From Clostridium homopropionicum DSM 5847 (GTDB taxonomy: Bacteria; Bacillota; Clostridia; Clostridiales; Clostridiaceae): DNA of 64,000 nucleotides. The position numbers and the translations under genes are program-made. The stretch is taken from NCBI RefSeq assembly GCF_001263795.1, contig NZ_LHUR01000042.1:324639-388638 (forward strand), read 5' to 3'. The notes below the pieces were generated by a model, which did not search any database, was not told the origin of the DNA, and saw nothing but the letters and a program-made list of their open reading frames with translations. This document shows positions 10,218-19,118 of this stretch, piece by piece (position 1 is the stretch's first letter; the number at the start of each line of letters is the position of its first letter).

Positions 10218-10475
10218 AATGCACTCCTTATTATTACTTTTATAATGTATGAAGATGAATTTATATTTTGCTTATTACTATCCTAGGAAATCATATTTGC
10301 CTCCTTGAGTAATTTAATATATAGTATCTTCTTAAAACTTTCTAATATGCAGGATATTATTTGCTTGATGAGCTTAAATACATGCTTGCTTATAATACTC
10401 AGTATTATAATTGAATATTTCATTAATCTAATGTAAAAGCTATGATTGAAAAAATAATAAAAGGAGATTATCACT

Positions 10476-10655
10476 ATGGATAAGAAACGTGCAAAAGAAA
10501 TTGCTTATTCACCGGTTATGGCCAACGTAACCTATAACGGAGCACAAATTTACATTGAAAGTGTAAACGACAATAAAGAAACAGCTAACATCCATCCTCT
10601 TAACGAACCTAAAAATAAACAAGAGGTATCTTTAGCTAACCTAATAGAACATTAA
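10476..10655 (+). CDS. sspH: Small acid-soluble spore protein H (minor SASP, SspH family); 59 aa, below the ORF-track cutoff
   Basis: MDKKRAKEIAYSPVMANVTYNGAQIYIESVNDNKETANIHPLNEPKNKQEVSLANLIEH. It matches the SspH pattern (RAKEI..SP.M..VTYNG..IYI..VN...TA.I.PL..P..E..VSL..L.E). RBS AAAGGAGA upstream and a terminator hairpin downstream. Confidence 0.75.
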   Translation: MDKKRAKEIAYSPVMANVTYNGAQIYIESVNDNKETANIHPLNEPKNKQEVSLANLIEH

Positions 10656-10661
10656 ATTACA

Positions 10662-10706
10662 ACAAGGCAACTATTTTATATAAAAATAGTTGCCTTGTAT
10701 TATTCA
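10662..10706 (+). terminator. Rho-independent terminator after sspH
   Basis: acaaggcaactattttata / tataaaaatagttgccttgt forms a near-perfect long hairpin followed by a T-rich tail. Confidence 0.6.
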
Positions 10707-10813
10707 GCAATATAAGTAAACTTCTCGCGAAAAAACATATGAATTATAGTAAATATAATAATTTACTTGATAAAACATGAACTTTAGTAAATTAAATAAT
10801 AGAACTAAGTTAA

Positions 10814-10840
10814 CCTGATGTGCTTATAAAACACATCAGG
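10814..10840 (-). terminator. Hairpin downstream of the CoA-transferase operon
   Basis: cctgatgtg-cttataaaa-cacatcagg gives a 9-bp stem. The minus-strand downstream sequence is moderately T-rich. Confidence 0.4.
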
Positions 10841-10877
10841 CCTAATGAATTACTACGCTTAATAGTTTTTAACTTTT

Positions 10878-12167
10878 TTATTTTACTGTTAATCCAGCCC
10901 TAATAGCATCTTGTCTTAGTTTTTCTCTGAAATCTGGATGTGCAATAGAGATCATAGCTTCAACTCTTGCTTTAATAGGTTTGTTGTATAAATCAGCTAT
11001 ACCATACTCAGTTACAACATACATCACGTCAGATCGTGGAGTTGTAACAGCCTGACCCTCTGGTAGGCTTACATTGATTGTAGATCCAATACTACCATCT
11101 TTATTTTTAATAGTGGAAGCTAAGCAAAGAAAACTCTTTCCACCTTTTGAAATACCAGCCGCTCTTACATAATCAAGTTGTCCTCCTGTACAACTAAACT
11201 GCGAAAAACCAATTGACTCTGAACCCGCCTGACCAGTAAGATCAACCATAAGCGTACTGTTAATTGAGATAAAATTATCATTTTGTCCAGCAGCATATGG
11301 ATCATTAACAACTTCAATAGGAACTAATTCAACCTTGCCTTCACCTACAAAATCATATAATTCTTTACTTCCTAAACCAAATCCAGCTAAAATCCTTCTA
11401 CTTATTACACCTTTTTTAGCTAAATACACCATAGAATCTGTAAGCATTTCAGTATGAACACCTAAATCCTTTTTATTTTCAAGACCATATGCTACAGCAT
11501 TTGCAATACCACCTAATCCTACCTGTAACGTTGCTCCATCAGGAATTAAAGGAATAATATAGGATGCTATTTTCTTATCTGTTTCCTTAACAGGAGGTTG
11601 TGTTAGCTCAGGGAGTGGATGGTCATACTCACAAATACAATATACTTCACTAACATGAATTCTATGTTTTATTCCATTTACTTTCGGTTGAAATTTATTC
11701 ACTTGAACGATTTTCTTTTTTGCATATTCAGCAACTACGCCATTCCATGATACACCCACAGCTCCATAGTACATGTAACCGTCTTCATCCGGTTCTGATA
11801 CATCAGCTAATAATGTATCAACTTTATATACATCTCTTATTGCTAAGTAAGACTTACCAAAGTGTACTGAGTCAATATCTACATTTCCAGCTTTATAAAA
11901 TTTTCTTTCAATAGGTCCATAAAAAATTGTATGAAAATTAAGTTTACCAATATATTCTGGTAATTGTAAAAATTTATAAGGATACATTGCCATAGCAGTA
12001 ACAAGATCAACGTTCCTAAGTTCGTGTGCTCTATTAGCTAAAGCTTCCAATATTTGTATGGGAGCTGATGAACATGCACCAAACCAAATCTTATCACCAG
12101 ATTCTATCTTTTTTGCTGCTTCTTCTACTGATACTAATTTACTTTTATAAATATCTTGCCAACTCAT
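10878..12167 (-). CDS. Acetyl-CoA hydrolase/transferase family protein (4-hydroxybutyrate or butyryl-CoA:acetate CoA-transferase-like)
   Basis: The N-terminus MSWQDIYKSKLVSVEEAAKKIESGDKIWFGACSSAPIQILEAL and the overall length are typical of the Cat1/AbfT family. The true start is probably the ATG at 12167, with a GAGGGGGA RBS. The track ORF starts a few codons earlier, inside the RBS. Confidence 0.8.
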   Translation of the reverse strand: MSWQDIYKSKLVSVEEAAKKIESGDKIWFGACSSAPIQILEALANRAHELRNVDLVTAMAMYPYKFLQLPEYIGKLNFHTIFYGPIERKFYKAGNVDIDSVHFGKSYLAIRDVYKVDTLLADVSEPDEDGYMYYGAVGVSWNGVVAEYAKKKIVQVNKFQPKVNGIKHRIHVSEVYCICEYDHPLPELTQPPVKETDKKIASYIIPLIPDGATLQVGLGGIANAVAYGLENKKDLGVHTEMLTDSMVYLAKKGVISRRILAGFGLGSKELYDFVGEGKVELVPIEVVNDPYAAGQNDNFISINSTLMVDLTGQAGSESIGFSQFSCTGGQLDYVRAAGISKGGKSFLCLASTIKNKDGSIGSTINVSLPEGQAVTTPRSDVMYVVTEYGIADLYNKPIKARVEAMISIAHPDFREKLRQDAIRAGLTVK

Positions 12168-12226
12168 AATTATCCCCCTCATAATTAATAAGAATATCAA
12201 TGTATATTTTTAAAAGTTATATTTAA

Positions 12227-13012
12227 TTATCTTCCTATATAATTAGGTTTTCTTTTTTCTAAGAAAGCTTTCATTCCTTCTTTAAAGTCTTCAGTTTTAC
12301 CACATTGTACCTGAGCTTTAACTTCTTCTTTTAAATATTCTTCAAAATCAGAAAATTGAGCTTTATATATTAGTTCTTTTGTATTTTTATAAGAAACGGC
12401 AGGTCCCTTTGCCATTTTTAATGCAAGCTTATTTGTTTTTTCCTCAAGTTCATCAATAGAACATATCTCTGCTACTATTCCCATATCAAATGCTTCTTTT
12501 GCAGAAATTCTTTTCCCTGACAACGCTAGTTCACAAGCTTTTGATACTCCTACAGATCTAGTTAAAAGGTAAACACCGCCTGCATCTGGTATAAGCCCAA
12601 TGTTTACAAATGCTTGTATAAATAAAGCATCTTCTGCTGCAATACAAAGGTCACATGCTAATGCAACATTAAAACCAGCCCCAGCAGCTGGACCATGTAC
12701 TGAAGCGATTACAGGCTTAGGAAGTTTTTTAATCTTTATTGCCATTTGTGCAGCCAATTCAACTAATTCTTCAAGGTCTTGCCCTTCATTTATTGCCTTA
12801 TACATAGCTGCAATATCGCCGCCACCACTAAATGCTTTTCCAGCACCATTTAAAATTACTACCTTTACCTCTGGATTACTTTCACACTTATCCAAAGCAT
12901 CAATTACTTCTGTTATCAAAGAATGATCAAATGCATTTAAATTTGCTTTGCTGTTGAGTGTAATTTTGGCAACACCATTGTTACAACCATAAATAATCTT
13001 TTCGTAACTCAT
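12227..13012 (-). CDS. Enoyl-CoA hydratase/isomerase (crotonase family)
   Basis: 261 aa with the crotonase fold signature (GAGKAFSGGGDI, oxyanion-hole region). Confidence 0.85.
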   Translation of the reverse strand: MSYEKIIYGCNNGVAKITLNSKANLNAFDHSLITEVIDALDKCESNPEVKVVILNGAGKAFSGGGDIAAMYKAINEGQDLEELVELAAQMAIKIKKLPKPVIASVHGPAAGAGFNVALACDLCIAAEDALFIQAFVNIGLIPDAGGVYLLTRSVGVSKACELALSGKRISAKEAFDMGIVAEICSIDELEEKTNKLALKMAKGPAVSYKNTKELIYKAQFSDFEEYLKEEVKAQVQCGKTEDFKEGMKAFLEKRKPNYIGR

Positions 13013-13162
13013 ATTATCACTCCCCTTAATTTGTTACGTAGCATTTTATAATACTAATGTATTTTAAATTAAGGAATATTATGCCTAATACAAAATTACC
13101 CATTTTAAGGATTTCTATTTGGCTGCAACTATAATAATGTGCATCTTTACCCTAAAATCAAA

Positions 13163-14443
13163 TTAACATTTATTCATCATAATATTAATAATTTCTTTAT
13201 CTGTTTCCTTCATACCAACTTTTCCTAGATGACCTACATTGGTAATTGTATTTTCTACACCTTTTGCAACAATGCCATCTCCACCCTTGAATTCCTGTCC
13301 TTCTTTATACATATGGTAACCCATAATACCTGCATCAACAGCTGCTGCTATTTTGGCCGCACAGGATGGCTTGGCTCCATCACAAACAATTCCTGAAACA
13401 ATTGCAACTGCATTTACTACTGTATGTGCAATTTCATCGTAACCATCACCATATAAATATGCAATACCTGCCCCGCTGCCACAGCCTGCGCATATTACTC
13501 CACAAAATGCCGATAAACGTCCAATACTTGTTTTTAGATGAAGTGTTATAAGATTAGATATCACTAATGCTCTATATAACTTATCCTCATCAACATTTAA
13601 TTCTTTTGCATATTCTATAACAGGCAAGGATGCTGTCATCCCCTGATTACCGCTTCCTGAGTTAATAATAACCGGTAATTCACAACCACTCATTCTTGCA
13701 TCGGAACCTGCCGCTGCCATAGCCTTTGCACGAACTTTTATATCACTTCCATAGGTTTTCAAAAGAACGCTTCCTATATTTGCACCGTAGTTTTCTTCAA
13801 TACCTGCTCTTGCTATAGCTGAATTATATTGTATTTGCCTTTCTAAAGTTTCTCTCACATCTTCTATAAGCACGCTGTCAGCAAAGTCAATAATATCTTT
13901 TACATTTAATAAGCTTCTGTCAGTGAGCCCGTTCCCTTTATGTTCTACGTTTCCCATATCAAATATAACTTCACCATTTCTCTCTACATATACGATATTT
14001 ACATGGTATTCAGCTATACGTAATTTTACATAGGATTCTTTATCATACATAGTAATTATAATATCAAAGGTTAAGTTTGAATCTGCTAACTTTACTTGTA
14101 TACATCCTCTGTCAATATATTTCTTTGTCAACTTTTTTTCTTCTTCACTTACCTTTGAAATAACCTCTAATATTTTTTCTGATTTACCTGCTATAATACC
14201 AACAGAAACTGCTGCTTCTATACCCTTTAACCCATTTGTATTAGGAACAACTACACTTTTTACATTTTTGATAATATTTCCACTTATTTCAATTACTACT
14301 CTATCTGGAATTGTACCCAATAGTTCCTTTGCTTTAGCAGAACCGTATGCTATAGCAATAGGCTCAGTACATCCCATGGCTGGAATCAACTCTTCTTTTA
14401 ATATTCGTAAATATGTCTGATAACGTATATCATTTCTCTCCAT
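13163..14443 (-). CDS. L-cysteine desulfidase family protein (UPF0597/CdsB-like, serine-dehydratase-like)
   Basis: 426 aa. The N-terminal LKEELIPAMGCTEPIAIAYGSAKAKE matches the conserved GCTEP motif of the family. Confidence 0.7.
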   Translation of the reverse strand: MERNDIRYQTYLRILKEELIPAMGCTEPIAIAYGSAKAKELLGTIPDRVVIEISGNIIKNVKSVVVPNTNGLKGIEAAVSVGIIAGKSEKILEVISKVSEEEKKLTKKYIDRGCIQVKLADSNLTFDIIITMYDKESYVKLRIAEYHVNIVYVERNGEVIFDMGNVEHKGNGLTDRSLLNVKDIIDFADSVLIEDVRETLERQIQYNSAIARAGIEENYGANIGSVLLKTYGSDIKVRAKAMAAAGSDARMSGCELPVIINSGSGNQGMTASLPVIEYAKELNVDEDKLYRALVISNLITLHLKTSIGRLSAFCGVICAGCGSGAGIAYLYGDGYDEIAHTVVNAVAIVSGIVCDGAKPSCAAKIAAAVDAGIMGYHMYKEGQEFKGGDGIVAKGVENTITNVGHLGKVGMKETDKEIINIMMNKC

Positions 14444-14744
14444 GAATTACTCCTTCTATATAATATCTAAATATTTTTAGCAAAGCCACCTTTAACCTTT
14501 TTATAACTGTAATTATTTCTTCATTTATAGGATAAGTAAAATTAAATAACCTTAAATATTATGAGTTCATATTTAATAATTATAATCTTAAAATTAAAGA
14601 TTGGCCATTAGAAAATAAACTTTCGCTTAAAGATGCTGCAATACTTTTAGAATTGAAGCTTGCTCACAGTCACTTGTGAAATTTTATACATACAGCTTGA
14701 CTAATACAAAAAAATATATTATACTTCTGAATAAATAAAAATAG

Positions 14745-14800
14745 AGCACAAAATGGGGTGCACCACCGAAAGGGTGCAAATCTCGTTTTGTGCTTTTTTG
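14745..14800 (+). promoter_or_regulatory. Structured leader upstream of thiS: nested hairpin that doubles as an intrinsic terminator; candidate thiS-motif (HMP-PP) riboswitch or attenuator
   Basis: Outer stem agcacaaaa(14745-53)/ttttgtgct(14786-94) followed by TTTTTTG. Inner stem tgcacc/ggtgca with an accgaaag loop. It sits in the 5' leader of the + strand thi operon. No TPP aptamer core (CUGAGA / ACCCUUUGAACCUGAUC) is found in the 380-bp leader. Confidence 0.45.
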
Positions 14801-14825
14801 TACCAATTTTTAAAGGAGGTAAAAA

Positions 14826-15020
14826 ATGAAACTCAATGGATCTACTGTTTCATTATCTATGAATCAAACCTTATATGACTTTTTAGAAGCGCAAAAATAT
14901 GATATCACTACAATTGCAGTAGAACACAATGGTGAAATTGTTCCAAGAATCTCGTATAAGAATGTTATTCTTAAAGACGAAGACACTCTAGAGGTTGTTA
15001 GATTCGTTGGAGGTGGCTGA
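14826..15020 (+). CDS. thiS: Sulfur carrier protein ThiS
   Basis: 64 aa ending in VGGG. The beta-grasp ThiS pattern is present, with a GGAGG RBS. Confidence 0.85.
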   Translation: MKLNGSTVSLSMNQTLYDFLEAQKYDITTIAVEHNGEIVPRISYKNVILKDEDTLEVVRFVGGG

Positions 15021-15023
15021 TTT

Positions 15024-15827
15024 ATGAAAATAATGGTAAATGGAAAAGATGTAGAAGTATCTTGCAGAACAGCCTTTGAAGTAAGAAATCAAATTGGGAA
15101 TGAAACAGATGTTGTAATTTTAAATGGTTTTCAAATAGAGAAAGACTCCAATATATCTGAAAATGATATATTGACTATAATCACCAAAGGCATCATGCCT
15201 AAGGAAGAAGAACTGGAAAGTATGATGATGGCAAGGCATACCCCGAATGTACATAAAAAGCTGAAAAAAGGTAAGGTAGCTATAGCAGGTCTAGGAGGAC
15301 TTGGTTCTAATATTGCAATTATGCTTGCAAGAATAGGTGTAGGACAACTTCTCCTAGTAGATTTTGATATTGTTGAACCAAGTAATCTTAATAGGCAAAG
15401 TTATAGTATTAATCATTTAGGTATGCAAAAAACCAAAGCCTTAAAAAAACAGATTGAAGAAATCAATCCTTTTATCAAGGTAGAAACTAGAGATATAAAA
15501 GTAACGGAAGACAATGTTGTGGAAATCTTTTATGGGTATGATATTATTTGCGAAGCTTTCGATAAACCCAAGGCGAAATCTATACTTGTAAATGTAGCAT
15601 TGGACAAACTTACAAATGTAAAAATTGTAGCAGCTTCTGGCATGGCAGGATATGATAGTTCAAATTTAATTAAAACAACAAATTCAATAAAGGGTTTATA
15701 TGTATGTGGAGATTTAGAAAACGAAGCAAGAATCGGCAGAGGTTTGATGTCCCCAAGAGTACAAATTTGTGCGGGTCATCAGGCAAACATGGTTTTACGT
15801 TTATTGCTTGGAATAGAAGATGTTTAA
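15024..15827 (+). CDS. thiF: ThiF (ThiS adenylyltransferase, E1-like) with an N-terminal ThiS-like beta-grasp extension
   Basis: Contains the VAIAGLGGLGSNIAIMLARIGVGQLLLVDFDIVEPSNLNRQ Rossmann/E1 motif. The first ~55 aa (MKIMVNGKDVEV...ILTIITKG) resemble ThiS/MoaD. Confidence 0.85.
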   Translation: MKIMVNGKDVEVSCRTAFEVRNQIGNETDVVILNGFQIEKDSNISENDILTIITKGIMPKEEELESMMMARHTPNVHKKLKKGKVAIAGLGGLGSNIAIMLARIGVGQLLLVDFDIVEPSNLNRQSYSINHLGMQKTKALKKQIEEINPFIKVETRDIKVTEDNVVEIFYGYDIICEAFDKPKAKSILVNVALDKLTNVKIVAASGMAGYDSSNLIKTTNSIKGLYVCGDLENEARIGRGLMSPRVQICAGHQANMVLRLLLGIEDV

Positions 15828-15842
15828 GAAAGGATGTTATAA

Positions 15843-16610
15843 ATGAGTGATAAATTAATAATTGGTGGGCATGAATTTAATTCAAGATTTATATTAGGTT
15901 CAGGTAAATTTTCATTAGACATGGTAAAGGCAGTTATTGAAAAGGGAGAAGCAGAAATAATAACCCTTGCACTACGTCGTGCTAATATAGGTGGAGAAGA
16001 AAATATATTAGATTATATTCCAAAGGGCATTACACTGCTGCCAAACACTTCAGGCGCAAGAAATGCAGAAGAAGCTGTTAGAATAGCACGCCTTGCAAAG
16101 GAAATTGGTTGTGGAGATTTTATAAAATTAGAAGTTATCCATGATTCTAAATATTTAATGCCAGATAACTATGAAACAATAAAAGCTACAGAAATACTTG
16201 CAAAAGAAGGTTTTATCGTTATGCCATATATGTTCCCTGATCTAAATGCAGCAAGAGCCTTAATGAATGCTGGTGCAGCATCAGTAATGCCTTTAGGTGC
16301 ACCTATCGGAAGTAATAAAGGGCTTTGCACAAAGGATTTCATACAAATCTTAGTGGATGAAATAGATTTACCTATAATTGTAGATGCTGGTATAGGTCGT
16401 CCATCTCAAGCCTGTGAAGCAATGGAAATGGGTGTTGATGCTGTTATGTGTAATACTGCAATTGCAACAGCAAACAATATTTCCTTGATGTCTATAGCCT
16501 TCAAAAATGCTATTGAAGCAGGACGTACCGCATATCTTGCTGGTATTGGCAGAGTGTTAAATAATAGGGCAGAGGCATCTAGTCCTTTGACAGGGTTTTT
16601 GGAGGATTAA
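15843..16610 (+). CDS. thiG: Thiazole synthase ThiG
   Basis: 255 aa with ThiG (TIM barrel) conservation, e.g. [18 protein letters not shown], and the Schiff-base Lys region. Confidence 0.9.
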   Translation: MSDKLIIGGHEFNSRFILGSGKFSLDMVKAVIEKGEAEIITLALRRANIGGEENILDYIPKGITLLPNTSGARNAEEAVRIARLAKEIGCGDFIKLEVIHDSKYLMPDNYETIKATEILAKEGFIVMPYMFPDLNAARALMNAGAASVMPLGAPIGSNKGLCTKDFIQILVDEIDLPIIVDAGIGRPSQACEAMEMGVDAVMCNTAIATANNISLMSIAFKNAIEAGRTAYLAGIGRVLNNRAEASSPLTGFLED

Positions 16611-16612
16611 TC

Positions 16613-17767
16613 GTGGAGTCAATTAAAATAAATCATATGGAATATTTAGATGGTATGGAACCAACATATTCTGATATTATGGACAAGGTGTTAGCCTTAG
16701 TAAAAGAATATAACTATAATCAATATACTGATGAAGATGTAGAAAAAGCTTTAAATAAAAAACAGCTTTCAATTGAAGATTATGCGGTTATATTATCCCC
16801 GGCAGCTTTACCATATTTAGAAGCTATGGCAATGAAGGCAACCTTAGAGACAAGAAAACACTTTGGTAATTCTGTTTGTTTATTTACACCATTATATATT
16901 GCTAACTATTGCGAAAACGAATGTATATACTGCGGCTTTAATTGCAAAAATAAAATTCACCGTGGAAAGCTTTCTTTAGAAGAAATTGAAAAAGAGTTAA
17001 AGGCAATTTCTAGCACTGGCCTTAAAGAGATTTTAATATTAACCGGTGAGTCTCGTTATATGTCTGGAGTAGAATACATTGGTGAAGCAATTAAATTGGC
17101 AACAAAATACTTTTCTACAATAGGCATTGAAATATATCCATTAAACTCTGAAGAATATGCATATTTGAATAAATGCGGTGCAGATTTTGTTTCTGTTTAT
17201 CAAGAAACTTATAATGCAGATAAGTATGAACAGGTTCATTTAAGAGGGCCAAAAAGAATCTTTCCATATCGTTTTAATGCACAAGAACGTGCTTTATTAG
17301 GGGGTATGCGTGGTGTTGCTTTTGGTGCATTGCTTGGCCTAGACAATTTTAGAAAAGATGCCTTTGCAGCTGGTTTACATGCATTTTTTATACAACAAAA
17401 GTATCCTCATGTTGAAGTTTCCTTCTCAGTTCCACGTTTAAGGCCATACATAAACAATGCTGAAAATACTCCTAATGATGTCCATGAAAAACAGCTTTTG
17501 CAAGTAATGCTTGCTTATCGTTTGTTTATGCCCTATGCTGGAATTACAATTTCTACAAGAGAAAGAGCAGGATTTCGTGATAATGTTATTGGAATGGTAG
17601 CCACAAAAATCTCTGCTGGGGTAAGTGTTGGAGTTGGAGGCCACACTGAAGAAGAAAAGGGCGATGAACAATTTGAGATCTCTGATCCACGTAGTGTACA
17701 TGAAGTGCACGAAATGATTGTAATCAGAGGATTACAACCTGTTTATTCTGATTATATTAATGTTTAG
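16613..17767 (+). CDS. thiH: 2-iminoacetate synthase ThiH (radical SAM)
   Basis: 384 aa with the CENECIYCGFNC radical-SAM CxxxCxxC motif. It immediately follows thiG. Confidence 0.9.
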   Translation: MESIKINHMEYLDGMEPTYSDIMDKVLALVKEYNYNQYTDEDVEKALNKKQLSIEDYAVILSPAALPYLEAMAMKATLETRKHFGNSVCLFTPLYIANYCENECIYCGFNCKNKIHRGKLSLEEIEKELKAISSTGLKEILILTGESRYMSGVEYIGEAIKLATKYFSTIGIEIYPLNSEEYAYLNKCGADFVSVYQETYNADKYEQVHLRGPKRIFPYRFNAQERALLGGMRGVAFGALLGLDNFRKDAFAAGLHAFFIQQKYPHVEVSFSVPRLRPYINNAENTPNDVHEKQLLQVMLAYRLFMPYAGITISTRERAGFRDNVIGMVATKISAGVSVGVGGHTEEEKGDEQFEISDPRSVHEVHEMIVIRGLQPVYSDYINV

Positions 17768-17776
17768 GAGAGCTCT

Positions 17777-18373
17777 ATGTTAATTTATGTAACGAATCAC
17801 AAGCTTTGTAAGGATAATTTTTTTAATCGAATTGATGAATTAGCAAAAGGAAAGCCTCTTGCAATAGTGTTAAGAGAAAAAGATTTAAACCTTGAAGAAT
17901 ATGAATCTTTGGCTATCCAAATAAAAAGAATCTGTTATATGAATAAAGTTCCTCTTATTATTAATCAGAATATCTCAATAGCTAAAAAGCTTGAGATTCC
18001 TACTATCCATTTGTCAATGTCAGATTTAAGGACATATAAAAATCAGACACATGAATTTGCTAAAGTTGGTGCTTCTGTTCACTCACTACTTGAGGCGAAG
18101 GAAGCAGAAGAATTAGGTGCATCCTATTTAATAGCAGGACATATATTCCCAACAGACTGCAAAAAAGGAATACCTTCAAGAGGTCTCTCATTCTTGAAAG
18201 AGGTCTGTGATTCCGTTACTATACCTGTATTTGCTATTGGCGGGATAACAAAGGATAAAGTAGCAGATGTACTGCTAGCAGGTGCAAAGGGTGTATGTAT
18301 CATGTCTGAAGCTATGACTTGCTTAAATCCAAGAGAACTTAAGAAAAGCTTCCATTATCAAATGGACAAATGA
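17777..18373 (+). CDS. thiE: Thiamine-phosphate synthase ThiE
   Basis: 198 aa. The ThiE pattern is present (LRKDLNLEEY..., AGHIFPT, FAIGGI). Confidence 0.85.
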   Translation: MLIYVTNHKLCKDNFFNRIDELAKGKPLAIVLREKDLNLEEYESLAIQIKRICYMNKVPLIINQNISIAKKLEIPTIHLSMSDLRTYKNQTHEFAKVGASVHSLLEAKEAEELGASYLIAGHIFPTDCKKGIPSRGLSFLKEVCDSVTIPVFAIGGITKDKVADVLLAGAKGVCIMSEAMTCLNPRELKKSFHYQMDK

Positions 18374-18392
18374 TTGTCACCTGTAGAATCTT

Positions 18393-18540
18393 AATTCCTA
18401 AATTCTTAAGTTCTTGTGCTCTATCAGCTAATTCTTTCAATATTTGTATGGGAGCTGATGAACATGCACCAAACCAAATTTTATCACCAGATTCTATCTT
18501 TTTTGCAGCTTCTTCTACTGACTCTGATTTACTTGATAAA
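18393..18540 (-). pseudogene. About 145-bp remnant of a CoA-transferase paralog 5' end (N-terminal ~45 codons, no start codon)
   Basis: Bases 18403-18535 are about 90% identical to 12021-12150. That region is the 5' coding end of the intact CoA-transferase gene at 10878..12167. It includes an exact 40-mer, tatttgtatgggagctgatgaacatgcaccaaaccaaat. The minus-strand translation gives ...SVEEAAKKIESGDKIWFGACSSAPIQIL... Confidence 0.6.
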
Positions 18541-18602
18541 AGTAACCCCTATTAGATGAAAATAATATAATAAACTAAAGTAATTATATATAAGAGGAAA
18601 CT

Positions 18603-19118
18603 ATGAACTTTAGTGGCTGGAGTAATTTTGAAGATTTTGCAAGAGCTTGTGGATATACTAATTTTAATAATAATGCTAATAATAATTCAAACAATAATAG
18701 TAAAACAAACGAATTTAAGAATATGGGATGTTGTGATATCCCAAATGGGTTTCAGTGTTTAAATCCTCAATTATTCGTTATAATAGGAACAATACTTGGA
18801 GAAATAATGGCAGGGAATCTACCTTTTAATGTTCAAAATGCACTAGGAAATTGGTTTGAATTACTCGGTCAAGTAATATTAACATATAATTCACAACAGC
18901 AATATTTTCAAGGAGGACCAGGATTGTCTTTTAATCCTAAAAGTTATAATATAAATAATCAATATTGTAATACAACTCAAAATAGTAATTCAAGTAAATC
19001 AAATAAAGAAAGTTCCAAAAATAATCAAAACAACATCGATAAAATAAATGAGCTAGAATCTCGTATTAATGATTTAATAGCAGAAATCGAAGTAATTAAA
19101 AATAAAATTAATATTTAA
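18603..19118 (+). CDS. Asn-rich hypothetical protein with a hydrophobic central segment and C-terminal coiled coil
   Basis: 171 aa with RBS AAGAGGAAA. Low-complexity N/S-rich tracts. The C-terminus INELESRINDLIAEIEVIKNKI is a heptad coiled coil. Confidence 0.5.
   Translation: MNFSGWSNFEDFARACGYTNFNNNANNNSNNNSKTNEFKNMGCCDIPNGFQCLNPQLFVIIGTILGEIMAGNLPFNVQNALGNWFELLGQVILTYNSQQQYFQGGPGLSFNPKSYNINNQYCNTTQNSNSSKSNKESSKNNQNNIDKINELESRINDLIAEIEVIKNKINI

Noticed and set aside
10283-10474. 63-aa minus-strand ORF
   Set aside because: It overlaps the promoter/RBS region of the sspH gene, has a low-complexity sequence and no RBS.
12600-12926. 108-aa ORF on the plus strand inside the crotonase gene, and similar antisense ORFs (2887..3084, 11720..11914, 13366..13551, 25685..25915, 30982..31254, 57960..58232, 61704..62018 and others)
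   Set aside because: They are embedded antisense in well-supported genes, have low-complexity or Ser/Ala-rich translations, and have no RBS. I treat them as spurious.
14450-14825. Canonical TPP (THI-box) riboswitch expected upstream of thiS
   Set aside because: I scanned the whole leader for the conserved TPP aptamer cores CTGAGA and ACCCTTTGAACCTGATC / GGATAATGCCAGCG and found none. Only the short GGGGTGC-containing hairpin is present.
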